Part shown: positions 30,459 to 40,486 of the stretch, in pieces
Position numbering within the stretch: the stretch's first letter is position 1
Layout of the letters: each line of letters begins with the position of its first letter
Source of the DNA: an uncultured Chloroflexia bacterium
GTDB lineage: Bacteria; Chloroflexota; Limnocylindria; Limnocylindrales; CSP1-4
Direction: 5' to 3'
Length of the DNA stretch: 64,000 nucleotides
NCBI GenBank assembly: GCA_963748625.1
Contig: CAVVJT010000002.1
Span: 217,642 to 281,641, forward strand
Translations under genes and position numbers: made by a program
Notes under the pieces: generated by a model
The model's database searches: none
The model's input: the letters and a program-made list of their open reading frames with translations, nothing else
Told to the model about the DNA's origin: nothing

Positions 30459-30668
30459 GCCTTCGACGATCTCACCGCCCGCCGACGCCAACATGAGACG
30501 GCGATGAGGAAGCGTTCATGTCCATAGCCTGCATTGTGGTCCCCGCGAGCGTCGCCTGCGGTGGCGGCCGGTGGCCGACCAGGCCGCGTGGCACACTCCT
30601 CGCGCGCATCACGAAGGGCTGCGATGCACGCAGCGCCGGGTTGTACGTCGCGACAGGGGTGAGCGCGG

Positions 30669-31064
30669 GTGTCGTTCGAGACGGCGATGGAGTGGGTCGT
30701 CCTCGCGTTCGAGGTGGCCGGGATCACGATCCTGGCGGCCGGCTCCCTGCGCGCGCTGGTGACGGCGGGGGCCGCCTACGCGCGAGGCCAGCGGTCGGGC
30801 GTGTACGAGCGGGCCCGCCTCCAGGTGGGGCAGGCGATCCTCCTCGGCCTCGAGGTCCTGATCATTGCCGACATCGTGATGACGGTTACGATCGATCCGA
30901 CGGTCGAGAGCGCCATCACCCTCGGGATCATCGTGCTGGTCCGGACGTTCCTGAGCTTCTCGCTGGAGATCGAGCTCGAGGGCGTGGTGCCGTGGCGTCG
31001 TCGCCAGGCGCAGCAGGCGAAGCAGGCAGACGCGGACCCGGCGCCGGCGGTCTCGCTCGACTAG
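30669..31064 (+). CDS. DUF1622 membrane protein
   Basis: 'LLGLEVLIIADI..T...PT..LG.IVLVRTFLSFSL..E'. Confidence 0.88.
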   Translation: MSFETAMEWVVLAFEVAGITILAAGSLRALVTAGAAYARGQRSGVYERARLQVGQAILLGLEVLIIADIVMTVTIDPTVESAITLGIIVLVRTFLSFSLEIELEGVVPWRRRQAQQAKQADADPAPAVSLD

Positions 31065-31148
31065 CCCGGCAGCGCCAGCAGACGACCAGGCGGCTGGCGC
31101 CCTCCATCCCACGACGCAGCGTCCAACGCGAAGGAGGTACCGAGGCAC

Positions 31149-32228
31149 ATGTCACTCACCATCAAGCCCGCGGGAGGGATCGACTTCCTCGCGCTCGGCG
31201 GCCTCGTCATCCGGCTCGACACGGGCCTCATCCCGTTTCGCAAGGCCCACTCGGCCGACATCCACGTCTCCGGCGCCGAGTTCAACGTCGCCTACAACCT
31301 CGCCGACTGCTTCGGCTTGCGTACGGCCGTGGCAACGGCCATGGTCGACTACCCGGTGGGCGACCTCGTGCGCGAGCACGTGCGTGCCGCCGGGGTGACC
31401 CCCTTCTACCGGCACTTCGTTCACGATGGCGTGACCGGCCCGAACATCGCGACGGTCTACTCCGATCGCGCGGTCGGCGTCCGGGCACCGGTCGTCTTCT
31501 ACAACCGTGCCAACGAGGCGGCGGCCCAGCTGCAGGCGGGCGACTTCGACTGGGACGCGATCTTCACCGCCAACAGCGTCCGCTGGTTCCACACGGGCGG
31601 GCTGTTCGAGGCGCTCTCGGAGACCACGCCTGACGTCATCGTCGAGGCGATGCAGGCGGCGCGCCGCAACGGCGTCATCGTGAGCTTCGACCTCAACTAC
31701 CGCGCGAAGATGTGGAAGCGGCTCGGTGGCCAGGTGAAGGCCCAGGAGGTCACGCGGCGGATCGTCGAGCAGGTGGACGTCCTCGTTGGCAACGAGGAGG
31801 ACATGCAGCTCTCGCTCGGGATCGCGGGGCCGGAGGCCGCGAGGGCGGGCGCGCTCGACGCATCGGCGTTTGCGGGCATGATCGAGGGTGTGACCGCAGC
31901 GTTCCCGAACGTTCGCCTGGTCGCGACGACGCTCCGCGAGGTGGTCTCGACGTCGCGCCACCGCTGGAGCGCGGTCGTCGCGATGGACGGTGAGGTGCTT
32001 CAGGCGCCCACGCTCGACCTCGAGGTCCATGACCGTGTGGGCGGCGGTGACGGCTTCGCGTCGGGCCTCTTCTACGGCATCCTCGCCGGGCTTCCCCTCG
32101 ATGAGGCGGTCCGCCTCGGCTGGGCGCACGGAGCACTGCTCACGACCTTCCCGGGCGACACCACCATGGCGACGCTCGACCAGGTCAGGGCGCTCGCCGG
32201 CGGTGGCGGGGCGCGCATCCAGCGCTAG
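31149..32228 (+). CDS. kdgK: PfkB sugar kinase (2-keto-3-deoxygluconate kinase-like)
   Basis: 'GAEFNVA', 'SFDLNYR', 'DRVGGGDGF'. Confidence 0.8.
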   Translation: MSLTIKPAGGIDFLALGGLVIRLDTGLIPFRKAHSADIHVSGAEFNVAYNLADCFGLRTAVATAMVDYPVGDLVREHVRAAGVTPFYRHFVHDGVTGPNIATVYSDRAVGVRAPVVFYNRANEAAAQLQAGDFDWDAIFTANSVRWFHTGGLFEALSETTPDVIVEAMQAARRNGVIVSFDLNYRAKMWKRLGGQVKAQEVTRRIVEQVDVLVGNEEDMQLSLGIAGPEAARAGALDASAFAGMIEGVTAAFPNVRLVATTLREVVSTSRHRWSAVVAMDGEVLQAPTLDLEVHDRVGGGDGFASGLFYGILAGLPLDEAVRLGWAHGALLTTFPGDTTMATLDQVRALAGGGGARIQR

Positions 32229-32271
32229 CATCTGGGTGCAGCAACTGCCCACCAAGGACCTGAGGACCGCG

Positions 32272-33723
32272 ATGAACACCGGAACTGAACCGCGCGCTGA
32301 TATCGGCCTCGTCGGCCTCGCCGTGATGGGCCAGAACCTCGTCCTGAACATGGCCGACCACGGCTTCACGGTGGCGGTCTACAACCGCACGACGGCCGTG
32401 ACCGACGAGTTCCTCGCGGGTCCGGCGGCAGGCGCGACCGTCATCGGCTGCGCGACGCTCGACGAACTCGCGGCGAGCCTCAAGACGCCACGCCGCGTGA
32501 TGATGATGGTCAAGGCGGGCGCCGCGGTGGACGCGGTGATCGCCGAGCTCGTGAAGGTCCTGGAGCCCGGCGACATCATCATCGACGGCGGGAACTCGCT
32601 CTTCACCGACTCCATCCGCCGCACCCGCGAGGTGGAGGCGCGCGGCCTGCTGTACATCGGCACCGGCGTCTCGGGCGGCGAGGAGGGCGCGCGGCACGGA
32701 CCCTCGATCATGCCCGGCGGCTCCCCGGCCGCGTGGCCCGCGGTCAAGCCGATCCTCCAGGCGGTGTCTGCCAAGACCGCCGACGGCACGCCGTGCTGCG
32801 ACTGGGTTGGCGCTGACGGTGCGGGCCACTACGTGAAGATGGTCCATAACGGGATCGAGTACGGCGATATGCAGGTGACCGCCGAGGCGTACGCCCTCAT
32901 GCGCGCCGCCGGCATGCGCCACGAGGCGATGTCCGACACCTTCCGGACGTGGAGCGAGGGCGTCCTGGACTCCTATCTCGTCGACATCACCGCCGACATC
33001 CTCGCCTTCAAGGACGAGGACGGGTCGCCGCTCGTGGAGCACATCCTCGACAGCGCCGGCCAGAAGGGCACCGGCAAGTGGACGGTCATGTCGTCCATGG
33101 ACCTCGCGCAGCCGGTCACGCTCGTCGCGGAGGCCGTGTTCGCGCGCATCGTGTCGTCCCTCAAGGACCAGCGCGTCCGCGCGTCGGCCGTCCTGGCCGG
33201 GCCCGCGCCAGAGATCGGGGTCAGCGTCGATGACATCCGCGACGCGCTCTACGCCTCGAAGATCGTCTCGTACGCCCAGGGGTTCATGCTGCTCCGCGCC
33301 GCCGCGGCCGAGCACGGCTGGGAGCTGGACCTCGGGCGGATCGCCTCGCTCTGGCGCGAGGGCTGCATCATCCGCGCCCGGTTCCTCGACGACATCACGG
33401 CGGCGTTCGACCGCGACCCGGGCCTCGAGAACCTCCTGCTCGACCCGTTCTTCGCCGATGCCATGAGCCAGGCGCAGGCCGGCTGGCGCCGGGTCGTGTC
33501 GGCCGCGGTCAACGCCGGCATCCCGGTGCCCGCCTATTCGACGGCGCTCGCCTTCTTCGACGGCTACCGGAGCGCGGTGCTGCCGGCGAACCTGATCCAG
33601 GCCCAGCGCGACTACTTCGGCGCCCACACCTACGAGCGGACGGACCAGCCGCGCGGCCAGGTCTTCCACACGAACTGGACCGGGCACGGCGGGTCCACCA
33701 CGGCGGGGACCTACCAGGCGTAG
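32272..33723 (+). CDS. gnd: NADP-dependent 6-phosphogluconate dehydrogenase
   Basis: 'GLAVMG', 'VKMVHNGIEYGDMQ', 'QKGTG', 'QAQRDYFGAHTYER'. Confidence 0.97.
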   Translation: MNTGTEPRADIGLVGLAVMGQNLVLNMADHGFTVAVYNRTTAVTDEFLAGPAAGATVIGCATLDELAASLKTPRRVMMMVKAGAAVDAVIAELVKVLEPGDIIIDGGNSLFTDSIRRTREVEARGLLYIGTGVSGGEEGARHGPSIMPGGSPAAWPAVKPILQAVSAKTADGTPCCDWVGADGAGHYVKMVHNGIEYGDMQVTAEAYALMRAAGMRHEAMSDTFRTWSEGVLDSYLVDITADILAFKDEDGSPLVEHILDSAGQKGTGKWTVMSSMDLAQPVTLVAEAVFARIVSSLKDQRVRASAVLAGPAPEIGVSVDDIRDALYASKIVSYAQGFMLLRAAAAEHGWELDLGRIASLWREGCIIRARFLDDITAAFDRDPGLENLLLDPFFADAMSQAQAGWRRVVSAAVNAGIPVPAYSTALAFFDGYRSAVLPANLIQAQRDYFGAHTYERTDQPRGQVFHTNWTGHGGSTTAGTYQA

Positions 33724-33930
33724 GAAGGTCTCCGGCCCGGCCTCGTCGGACATCGCCCAGGCGATGAGGCCCGTCCACATCGCGGACCAGATCATCAGCC
33801 CGAGTCCGCCGTTCTCGAAGTCGTCAGGGGCGAGTGGGCCGTGCGGAAGCCCAACGCACGATGTCACTTCACTGACCGTGTGGCACGCATTTCCAACCCG
33901 GGTCTTACCCGGACGCGTCACCATGGCGCC

Positions 33931-34614
33931 ATGCGTGCACAGATCCTCGTTGCCGACGATGACCGGGCGATCCGGGAATCGCTCGAGCGCGCCCTCGGGC
34001 TGGAGGGCTACGAGGTGCTGACCGCCGCCGACGGGGCCGCGGCGCTCGCGGTCATCGACGACGAGAAACCGGACCTCGTCGTGCTCGACGTGATGATGCC
34101 GGGCCTCGACGGCCTGACGGTCTGCCGGGTCCTGCGGGCCCAGCGGAACCGGCTGCCGATCCTGATGCTCACGGCCCGCACCGAGACGTCCGACCGGGTG
34201 GCCGGCCTGGACGCGGGGGCGGACGACTACCTCGCGAAGCCGTTCGAGCTCGACGAGCTGCTGGCCCGGATCCGGGCGCTCCTGCGCCGGGCATCGGCTG
34301 GTGACGCGGGGCCGGGCTCCCTCGTCGTCGCCGACCTGCGTCTCGATCCCGCAACCCGGCGTGCCTGGCGCGGCGAGCGCGAGATCGACCTCACGAAGAC
34401 CGAGTTCGACCTGCTCGAGCTGCTCATGCGCAACGCCGGCATCGTTCTCCAGCACGAAGCGATCTACGAGCGCATCTGGGGCTACGACTTCGGACCCGAC
34501 TCGAAGAACCTCGCGGTCTACATCAGCTACCTGCGTCGCAAGGTTGACGACGAGGGCGCCCCAGGGCTGATCCGCACGGTCCGCGGCGTCGGCTACACCA
34601 TCCGCGCGTCGTGA
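33931..34614 (+). CDS. OmpR-family (MprA-like) response regulator
   Basis: Canonical receiver and winged HTH; CACCAT 6 nt before ATG suggests a leaderless start. Confidence 0.95.
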   Translation: MRAQILVADDDRAIRESLERALGLEGYEVLTAADGAAALAVIDDEKPDLVVLDVMMPGLDGLTVCRVLRAQRNRLPILMLTARTETSDRVAGLDAGADDYLAKPFELDELLARIRALLRRASAGDAGPGSLVVADLRLDPATRRAWRGEREIDLTKTEFDLLELLMRNAGIVLQHEAIYERIWGYDFGPDSKNLAVYISYLRRKVDDEGAPGLIRTVRGVGYTIRAS

Positions 34615-35951
34615 GCCTCCGAACCCGGCTGGTCCTTGCGTTCGTCACCCTCACCACGCTCGCAACGATCGCGGTGGGGGCGTGGAGTTATGTCGCCACC
34701 GTCGACCGGCTCTACGCCGAGATCGACCGGTCGCTCGACGACATCGCGGCGATCGTGATCGACCGCGGTGTCGCAGACCCGCCGGGCGATGCCGGCCCCG
34801 GCGGGGACGCTGGCGGTCCGCCGGCGGGCGGCACCTTCACGACGCAGGTCATCGGCGGCGACGGAACGGTCGTCCGGTCCGAGGCGGGCGTCACCATCCC
34901 GGTCGCGGACGTGGACGTCGCGGTCGCGAGCGGCGCCGATCGGACTGCGCGCGACTATCGAGACCTGACGCTCGACGGTGGACGCTACCGGCTCCTGACC
35001 GCGGCTCTTGGCGCGCCGGGGGCGGTCCAGGTGGTCCGCAGCCTCGACGAGGTGGACCGGCTCTCGGCATCGCTGGCGGTCGGCATCCTCGCCGCCGTCC
35101 TGGTCGTCGCGGCGTTGGCGGCCGTCGCGGGCTGGGTCATTGCGCGCCAGCTCACCCGGCGGCTCGAGCGCCTCGTCAGCGCGACCGACGAGGTCGCCAC
35201 CACCGGGAACCTGGACGTCGAGGTGCCAGTGGCCGGTCATGACGAGATCGCGACGCTTGGAGCGTCGTTCAGCTCCATGCTCGGGTCCCTGCGGCAGTCG
35301 CAGGAAGCCCAGCGGCGCCTTGTCCAGGACGCAGGCCATGAGCTCCGCACCCCGTTGACCAGCCTGCGGACGAACATCGGCGTCCTGCGGCGCCACCCGG
35401 ATCTCCCCGCTGACGCGCGCGCGCGGCTGGTGGACGACCTCGACCTCGAGGCCCGCGAGCTCTCGACACTTGCGAACGAGCTCGTCGATCTGGCGGCAGA
35501 ACGGCGCGACGACGAGCCGCTCGAGGAGGTTGCCCTTGGCCCGCTGGCCGAACGCGCGGCTGCACGGACGCGCCGGCGCACCGGTCGCGAGGTGCCCGTG
35601 GACGCCGATGCCTCCGTCGTTCTCGGGAGGCCGCTCGCGCTGGAGCGCGCCGTGTCCAACCTCCTCGACAACGCCGTCAAGTTCGATCCGAACGGCGGAC
35701 CGATATCGGTCGAAGCCCACGCCGGGAGCATCGCGGTCCTCGACCGGGGGCCGGGGATTGCCGCCGGCGACGTCGATCACGTCTTCGACCGCTTCTTCCG
35801 GAGCGAGGACGCCCGCAGCCGGCCGGGGTCGGGCCTCGGGCTGGCGATCGTCCGCGACGTGGCCGAGTCGCACGGTGGCACGGTCTTCGTCGCGAACCGC
35901 GAGGGCGGTGGCGCACGGGTCGGGTTCTCGATCCCGATGGCCGGAGACTGA
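34611..35951 (+). CDS. HAMP sensor histidine kinase (MprB-like)
   Basis: 'DAGHELRTPLTSLRTN', 'NLLDNAVKF', 'GSGLGL'. Confidence 0.95.
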   Translation: MSLRTRLVLAFVTLTTLATIAVGAWSYVATVDRLYAEIDRSLDDIAAIVIDRGVADPPGDAGPGGDAGGPPAGGTFTTQVIGGDGTVVRSEAGVTIPVADVDVAVASGADRTARDYRDLTLDGGRYRLLTAALGAPGAVQVVRSLDEVDRLSASLAVGILAAVLVVAALAAVAGWVIARQLTRRLERLVSATDEVATTGNLDVEVPVAGHDEIATLGASFSSMLGSLRQSQEAQRRLVQDAGHELRTPLTSLRTNIGVLRRHPDLPADARARLVDDLDLEARELSTLANELVDLAAERRDDEPLEEVALGPLAERAAARTRRRTGREVPVDADASVVLGRPLALERAVSNLLDNAVKFDPNGGPISVEAHAGSIAVLDRGPGIAAGDVDHVFDRFFRSEDARSRPGSGLGLAIVRDVAESHGGTVFVANREGGGARVGFSIPMAGD

Positions 35952-36091
35952 CGAGCTCGACGCCCCGGCGGACCGGTTCTAACCGATCTCCAACCGTTCT
36001 CCAAGGCGGAGGCAACCCCGCGCGTGCAGCGTTGTGGCGAACGAACACGCCGCCGCCGATGCCACGCGGCCGCGCACTATCAGGAGAACGC

Positions 36092-37165
36092 ATGAACCGC
36101 CCAGCCGCTCCCCGATCAGCCCTCCCGGTCGCACTGGGCACCCTTGCCCTCGCTGTGATCGTCGCTGCATGCTCTGGCGCGGCCAGCAGCGCCGCGTCGC
36201 CGGCAGCTTCGCCGGCTGCCCAGGCAACCGCCGCGCCGGCTGCCTCGACCGCCACCGTGGCATCCCCGGTGATGCCCTCGGGCGCCCGGCCGAGCGGACC
36301 AGGGGGCATGACATCCGGTCCCGCCGCGACCTACTCGAACGTCGCCTACGCCTCGACGTCGGCGTCCCAGGTGCTCGACATCTGGATGCCGGAAGGGGCG
36401 ACCGGGCCGGTCCCGCTCGTCATCCTCGTCCACGGCGGCGCCTTCAAGGGTGGCGACAAGGCGATGGAGGGCGGCAACGTCGCATCCGTCCTCGCCGCCG
36501 GCTACGCCGCCGCCAGCCTCAACTACCGCCTGTCCGGCGAGGCGCCCTTCCCGGCGGCCGTCCAGGACGTGAAGGCCGCCGTGCGGTTCCTTCGCGCGAA
36601 CGCGGCGCAGTACGGGCTCGATCCTGACCGGTTCGCTGCGTGGGGCGAGTCCGCCGGCGGCAACCTCGTCGCGATGATCGGGACCACCGGTGACCAGGCC
36701 ACCGTCCTCGACGACCCTGCCCTCGGCAATGCCGACGTGTCGAGCGCCGTCCAGGCGGTGGTCGACCTCTACGGCCCCACCGACTTCCTCCAGATGGACG
36801 CCCAGTTCGCCGCGGCTCCCCCGGCCGCGTGCAACGGCCAGGTCCAGGCGCACGACCCCGCGGACTCGCCCGAGTCGGTCTACGTCGGCGGCGCCATCCA
36901 GACGGTGCCGGATGCGGCCGCTGCCGCCAATCCGATCCCCTACATCGCGACGGCCACCTCGCTCCCCGTCTTCCTGATCGCCCATGGTGACTCCGACTGC
37001 CTGGTCCCGAACCAGCAGTCACAGATCCTCCAGGACGCGCTGCAGGCAGCGGGTGCCACGTCCACCTTCAACCTCGTCGCGGGCGCCGGCCACGGCGACC
37101 AGGCGATCACCACCTCGCAGACGCCCATCGCGCTCGAGATGCTGAAGACGGTCTTCGGAACGTAG
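36092..37165 (+). CDS. Lipoprotein esterase/lipase (HSL-like alpha/beta hydrolase)
   Basis: Lipobox VAAC; HGGA, GESAG, 'HGDSD.LVP', 'GAGH'. Confidence 0.9.
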   Translation: MNRPAAPRSALPVALGTLALAVIVAACSGAASSAASPAASPAAQATAAPAASTATVASPVMPSGARPSGPGGMTSGPAATYSNVAYASTSASQVLDIWMPEGATGPVPLVILVHGGAFKGGDKAMEGGNVASVLAAGYAAASLNYRLSGEAPFPAAVQDVKAAVRFLRANAAQYGLDPDRFAAWGESAGGNLVAMIGTTGDQATVLDDPALGNADVSSAVQAVVDLYGPTDFLQMDAQFAAAPPAACNGQVQAHDPADSPESVYVGGAIQTVPDAAAAANPIPYIATATSLPVFLIAHGDSDCLVPNQQSQILQDALQAAGATSTFNLVAGAGHGDQAITTSQTPIALEMLKTVFGT

Positions 37166-37212
37166 GCGGAGTGCCGGCCGATGGCCACCACGGATGCGGT
37201 CGTCGGTGTGCG

Positions 37213-37935
37213 TCAGGACCCCGGTGTCCCCACGGCTGGTGGGGGCGTCACCTCGGCCATCGTGCGGACTCGTTCGGCCGGCGCAAGCTGCGTCGCGCGC
37301 TCCAGCAGGAGTGCGCCGAGCAGGAATGCGGCCTGGTTCAGCGTGTTCAGCAGCTGCTCCGCCCACTGGAGCGCCTCGGACTGGGCCTCGGCTCGGGCCA
37401 GCCCGTTGAGCACCAGCGTGACGACCATGCTGACGACGAACAGCCACCCCAGGCCCGTCCGCCCGATCGCCCTGGCCCAACGCGCGAGCAGCAGGCTGGC
37501 CACGACGCTGCCGCTGGTCGCCGCGAACAGCCACAGAAGGGGCACGATGCGTCCGCCGGCAGGAGCCATGACCGCCGTGAGCGGCAGCAGCACCGCGAGG
37601 GCGACCGCCGCGGTGGCCCAGGTGGGGGCCCGGGCGACGCGTCCGTTCGCGGCCTGCCAGCCGCGCCACAGCGCCATCACGAGCAGCAGGTAGCCCGTCG
37701 CCAGGAGCAGGTACAGGGCGATGAACAGGGGCACGAGATCAGGTCCGCCGGCAGTCATGACGAGCTTCCAGCTGGCCCGCGACAGGCCACCTGCCACGAC
37801 GAGGACGGCACCCAGCGCGGCCCACGCCCCGGCACCCCGGTCCACCCGCCTGATCATGCGCACGATCAGAAGCAGCCCGAAGGCGGTCAGCAGGACTGGC
37901 ACGAAGTCTTCGATGGCCAGCGCGAGGGACGGCAT
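37213..37935 (-). CDS. Hypothetical 7-TM membrane protein
   Basis: Hydrophobic helices; TACCCT 6 nt before ATG. Confidence 0.7.
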   Translation of the reverse strand: MPSLALAIEDFVPVLLTAFGLLLIVRMIRRVDRGAGAWAALGAVLVVAGGLSRASWKLVMTAGGPDLVPLFIALYLLLATGYLLLVMALWRGWQAANGRVARAPTWATAAVALAVLLPLTAVMAPAGGRIVPLLWLFAATSGSVVASLLLARWARAIGRTGLGWLFVVSMVVTLVLNGLARAEAQSEALQWAEQLLNTLNQAAFLLGALLLERATQLAPAERVRTMAEVTPPPAVGTPGS

Positions 37936-37998
37936 CGGCAGAGGGTAGTGGCCCGGGCGACGCGCGTACAGGCCCCCAGGCGGCCCGGGTGCCAGTCG

Positions 37999-39342
37999 CT
38001 ACATCGCTGTGCGTCGGCGTCCCAGCAATAGGGCGAGCGCGATCAGCCCAGCCACCAGCCCAGCCACCAGCCCAGCCACCAGCCCAACGACCAGCGACCG
38101 GGCCTTGACGATGTCCCGCTGGTAGTTGCGCAAGTAGGGGACCAGTTCGAAGTCCTCGTCGTAGATGCCGAACAGGGTGGGGTGCCGTTTCGTGAGCCCC
38201 AGCCGGTGGGCGAATTCGATGGAGAAGATCTCGAAGTCGATCTTGTCCAGGCTTCGGCGATAGGAGAAGGCGGCGAAGAATCGCAGCACGTCGCCGGCAG
38301 TGGCGTCGTACTCCTCCAGCGCGGCCGGGATGTTCGCATGGCGGCTGAGGATCTCGCGGAGATACCCGGCGGAGGCGAGGCCCAGGTTGATGAGGTCGCC
38401 GGTGCTTTCAAAGCCGTGGGCCGCATCGCCGATCAGCAACACGTGGTCCAGGTGGAAGGTGGGGGCCTGCACCTGGTCGAAACGCCCGGCATATCCCGCC
38501 TGCCAGGCTGCATCCAGCTCTTCCTGTGAGTCAACCAGCGGACCGAAGAAGCTGTCGTTCAGGACCTTCAAACGGGATGGGGTGATCGCCGGGTCGTGCC
38601 TGATCAGGATGCTGATCTCTTCCTCGGGCTGGCGCATCCCCGTGGTGACGATGCGGAGCTTCTCCGAGGGATAGCCGGCGAGGTTGCTGAGAAAGACATT
38701 GGAGGCGTGATGGCGTTCTCCGCCGCCGAACCGTTCACGCATCGCACCGCGGCTGGGGACACGGTAGGCATACCAATGGTCGAGGCCGATGCGCTTGAAC
38801 GAGTCTTCAGGGAAGAGCGGATGGGCGTGCGCGAGCATCCGGCGCGTCTGGCTGTTGCTGCCATCGGCGCCCAGCAGCAGGTCGAAGGGCAGGTCGCCGA
38901 GCCGTGCCTCGCGGCACACGTTGTTCTGAAAGTCGATGGCTTCCACGTGCGCTTCGAAGTGGATCGGGATGCCCGCCGCCCGTACCTGTTCGTACAGCTT
39001 GGCTACGACATGGTTCCGCCAATGGGAGTACACCCCTTCGCGGACGGAGGTGAAGGAGAGCTCGCGGCCCAGGACGCGCTGGTGGATGACCACCCCGAAG
39101 AACTCCGACCGTTCCTCGCGGATGGCATCCCAGATGCCGATCTGTTGCAGGATGCGAATGGAAGCGGGCGAGAAGACGATCGGGAAGGTGAATCCCTGCG
39201 CTTGCAGGAAGTCCTCTTCGGTGCGCCGTTCGAGCAGGGTGACCTGCTCGAAATGCTCCTTGAGCAGCAACGCAGCGACCATGCCCACCGGCCCTGATCC
39301 AACAATGACCAGGTTCTTGTGTCGTGTTGTGCTCGTGTTCAT
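37999..39342 (-). CDS. FAD-dependent monooxygenase (kynurenine 3-monooxygenase-like)
   Basis: GSGPVG, GADG and 'LIGDAAH' motifs; C-terminal TM with LVAG repeats. Confidence 0.85.
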   Translation of the reverse strand: MNTSTTRHKNLVIVGSGPVGMVAALLLKEHFEQVTLLERRTEEDFLQAQGFTFPIVFSPASIRILQQIGIWDAIREERSEFFGVVIHQRVLGRELSFTSVREGVYSHWRNHVVAKLYEQVRAAGIPIHFEAHVEAIDFQNNVCREARLGDLPFDLLLGADGSNSQTRRMLAHAHPLFPEDSFKRIGLDHWYAYRVPSRGAMRERFGGGERHHASNVFLSNLAGYPSEKLRIVTTGMRQPEEEISILIRHDPAITPSRLKVLNDSFFGPLVDSQEELDAAWQAGYAGRFDQVQAPTFHLDHVLLIGDAAHGFESTGDLINLGLASAGYLREILSRHANIPAALEEYDATAGDVLRFFAAFSYRRSLDKIDFEIFSIEFAHRLGLTKRHPTLFGIYDEDFELVPYLRNYQRDIVKARSLVVGLVAGLVAGLVAGLIALALLLGRRRTAM

Positions 39343-39473
39343 CGGATCTCGGTCTTGCAGTCCTTGGCCATCCTGGGCATGCGGCGCTCAATGGAATTCA
39401 CCATCCCGCGAGCATACCGGCCGATCTCCCGTGCGGGTACCGGGCGTCACGGCAGGCTGGACCGCAGCGCCGG

Positions 39474-39974
39474 CTAGGACCAGATGACGGCGAGCACGCC
39501 CGCTGCGACGTACAGGCCGATCCCGTACACCGCGTGCGTGGCCAGGTTCCGGAGCCGCGTCGCGTTCGGCTTGGGCGTGCGGGAACCCGCCACGCCCGCG
39601 CCCATGCCAGGCTGCATGACGAACCACGGAGCGACGATCGTGCCGAGGCCGACGACAAGCGCCGGCCAGAGCGTCGGGTCGCGTGCCCAGTCGAGTCCGA
39701 CCACGAGCAGCAGGAGACCCGCGAAGGCGATGCCGATGCCGTAGTGGGCGATGTACCCGAGCGGGCGCTCGAACGGGACCGGGGCGGCCGCGGCGATCCG
39801 GATGTGGAAGAACCGACCGCGCGCCATGTGGCCGATCCAGCGGCCGAGCATCGCGTAGTCGAGCGTCGGGATGCCGAAGCCGCGGCGCAGGAGGAGCCCC
39901 CAGGCGTCCATGAGGGCGGACCCGGCGATCCCCAGGATCGCGCCGCGGACGGCGATCTCCAGGAGGGTGTTCAT
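39474..39974 (-). CDS. DUF2938 membrane protein
   Basis: 'MD.W..GRW..HY.IGI.FA..PWFVMQPGMGAG..H.VYG.GLY'. Confidence 0.88.
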   Translation of the reverse strand: MNTLLEIAVRGAILGIAGSALMDAWGLLLRRGFGIPTLDYAMLGRWIGHMARGRFFHIRIAAAAPVPFERPLGYIAHYGIGIAFAGLLLLVVGLDWARDPTLWPALVVGLGTIVAPWFVMQPGMGAGVAGSRTPKPNATRLRNLATHAVYGIGLYVAAGVLAVIWS

Positions 39975-40113
39975 CGCGTGGGCTCCGCGGCGAGCAGGTG
40001 GATCTGCGGCGGGACGAAGGCGGCCGCGGCGCGCTGGCGGCCGCGGACGCTGGTCGCGAGGAGGATGCGGTTCGAGCTTGCGATGGTGGGACGCATCGGC
40101 ATTCCTTTCCTGT

Positions 40114-40344
40114 TCAGTCGGGTTCGGCCGGGCTCACCGAGATGAGCGGGAGCCCGGCGTCGCGGATCGTGCGGAGGAGGCCATGGAGGGCGGCCTGGTC
40201 GATCGCGTCCGCCACGATCAGCGTGGTGCCGTCGAGCTGGCCCTCCAGGGTGCAGCCGTCGAACCAGGAGGCCCACCGCGTGTCGAGGCGTCCTCGGACG
40301 CGGATCTCGTAGCGGGTGTCGCCATCGGGACGGGTGTCGGTCAT
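40114..40344 (-). CDS. Small ACT-like protein typical of MalT-type LuxR loci
   Basis: 'YEIRVRGRL...W..WF.G..DQAALHGLL..IRD.GL.LISV'. Confidence 0.8.
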   Translation of the reverse strand: MTDTRPDGDTRYEIRVRGRLDTRWASWFDGCTLEGQLDGTTLIVADAIDQAALHGLLRTIRDAGLPLISVSPAEPD

Positions 40345-40429
40345 TGGGCTCCTTTCGCGGGGCCCGGCCGTTGCGCCGGTCGGGCCGCTGTCGTGGAGCC
40401 CACGTTCGACGGTCGGGTGGTGAGCGGGC

Positions 40430-40447
40430 ATCACCACAGGTGGTGAT
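40430..40447. promoter_or_regulatory. ATCACCAC-AG-GTGGTGAT palindrome, copy 1
   Basis: Identical to 45179-45196. Confidence 0.75.
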
Positions 40448-40486
40448 CGTCGATGGTGATCCGGGGGCCTCGGGGTGCGCCGGGCG

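Noticed and set aside
33724-33835. Minus-strand membrane-protein-like fragment (GLMIWSAMWTGLIAW)
   Set aside because: No start or family evidence; possibly a remnant.
32185-34455. Long antisense ORFs (also 18119-19918, 28692-30527, 48808-50382, 56954-58456)
   Set aside because: Shadows of GC-rich genes on the opposite strand, with no motifs.
39971-40102. Short ORF with RBS coupled to the DUF2938 gene
   Set aside because: Plausible but unsupported by motifs.
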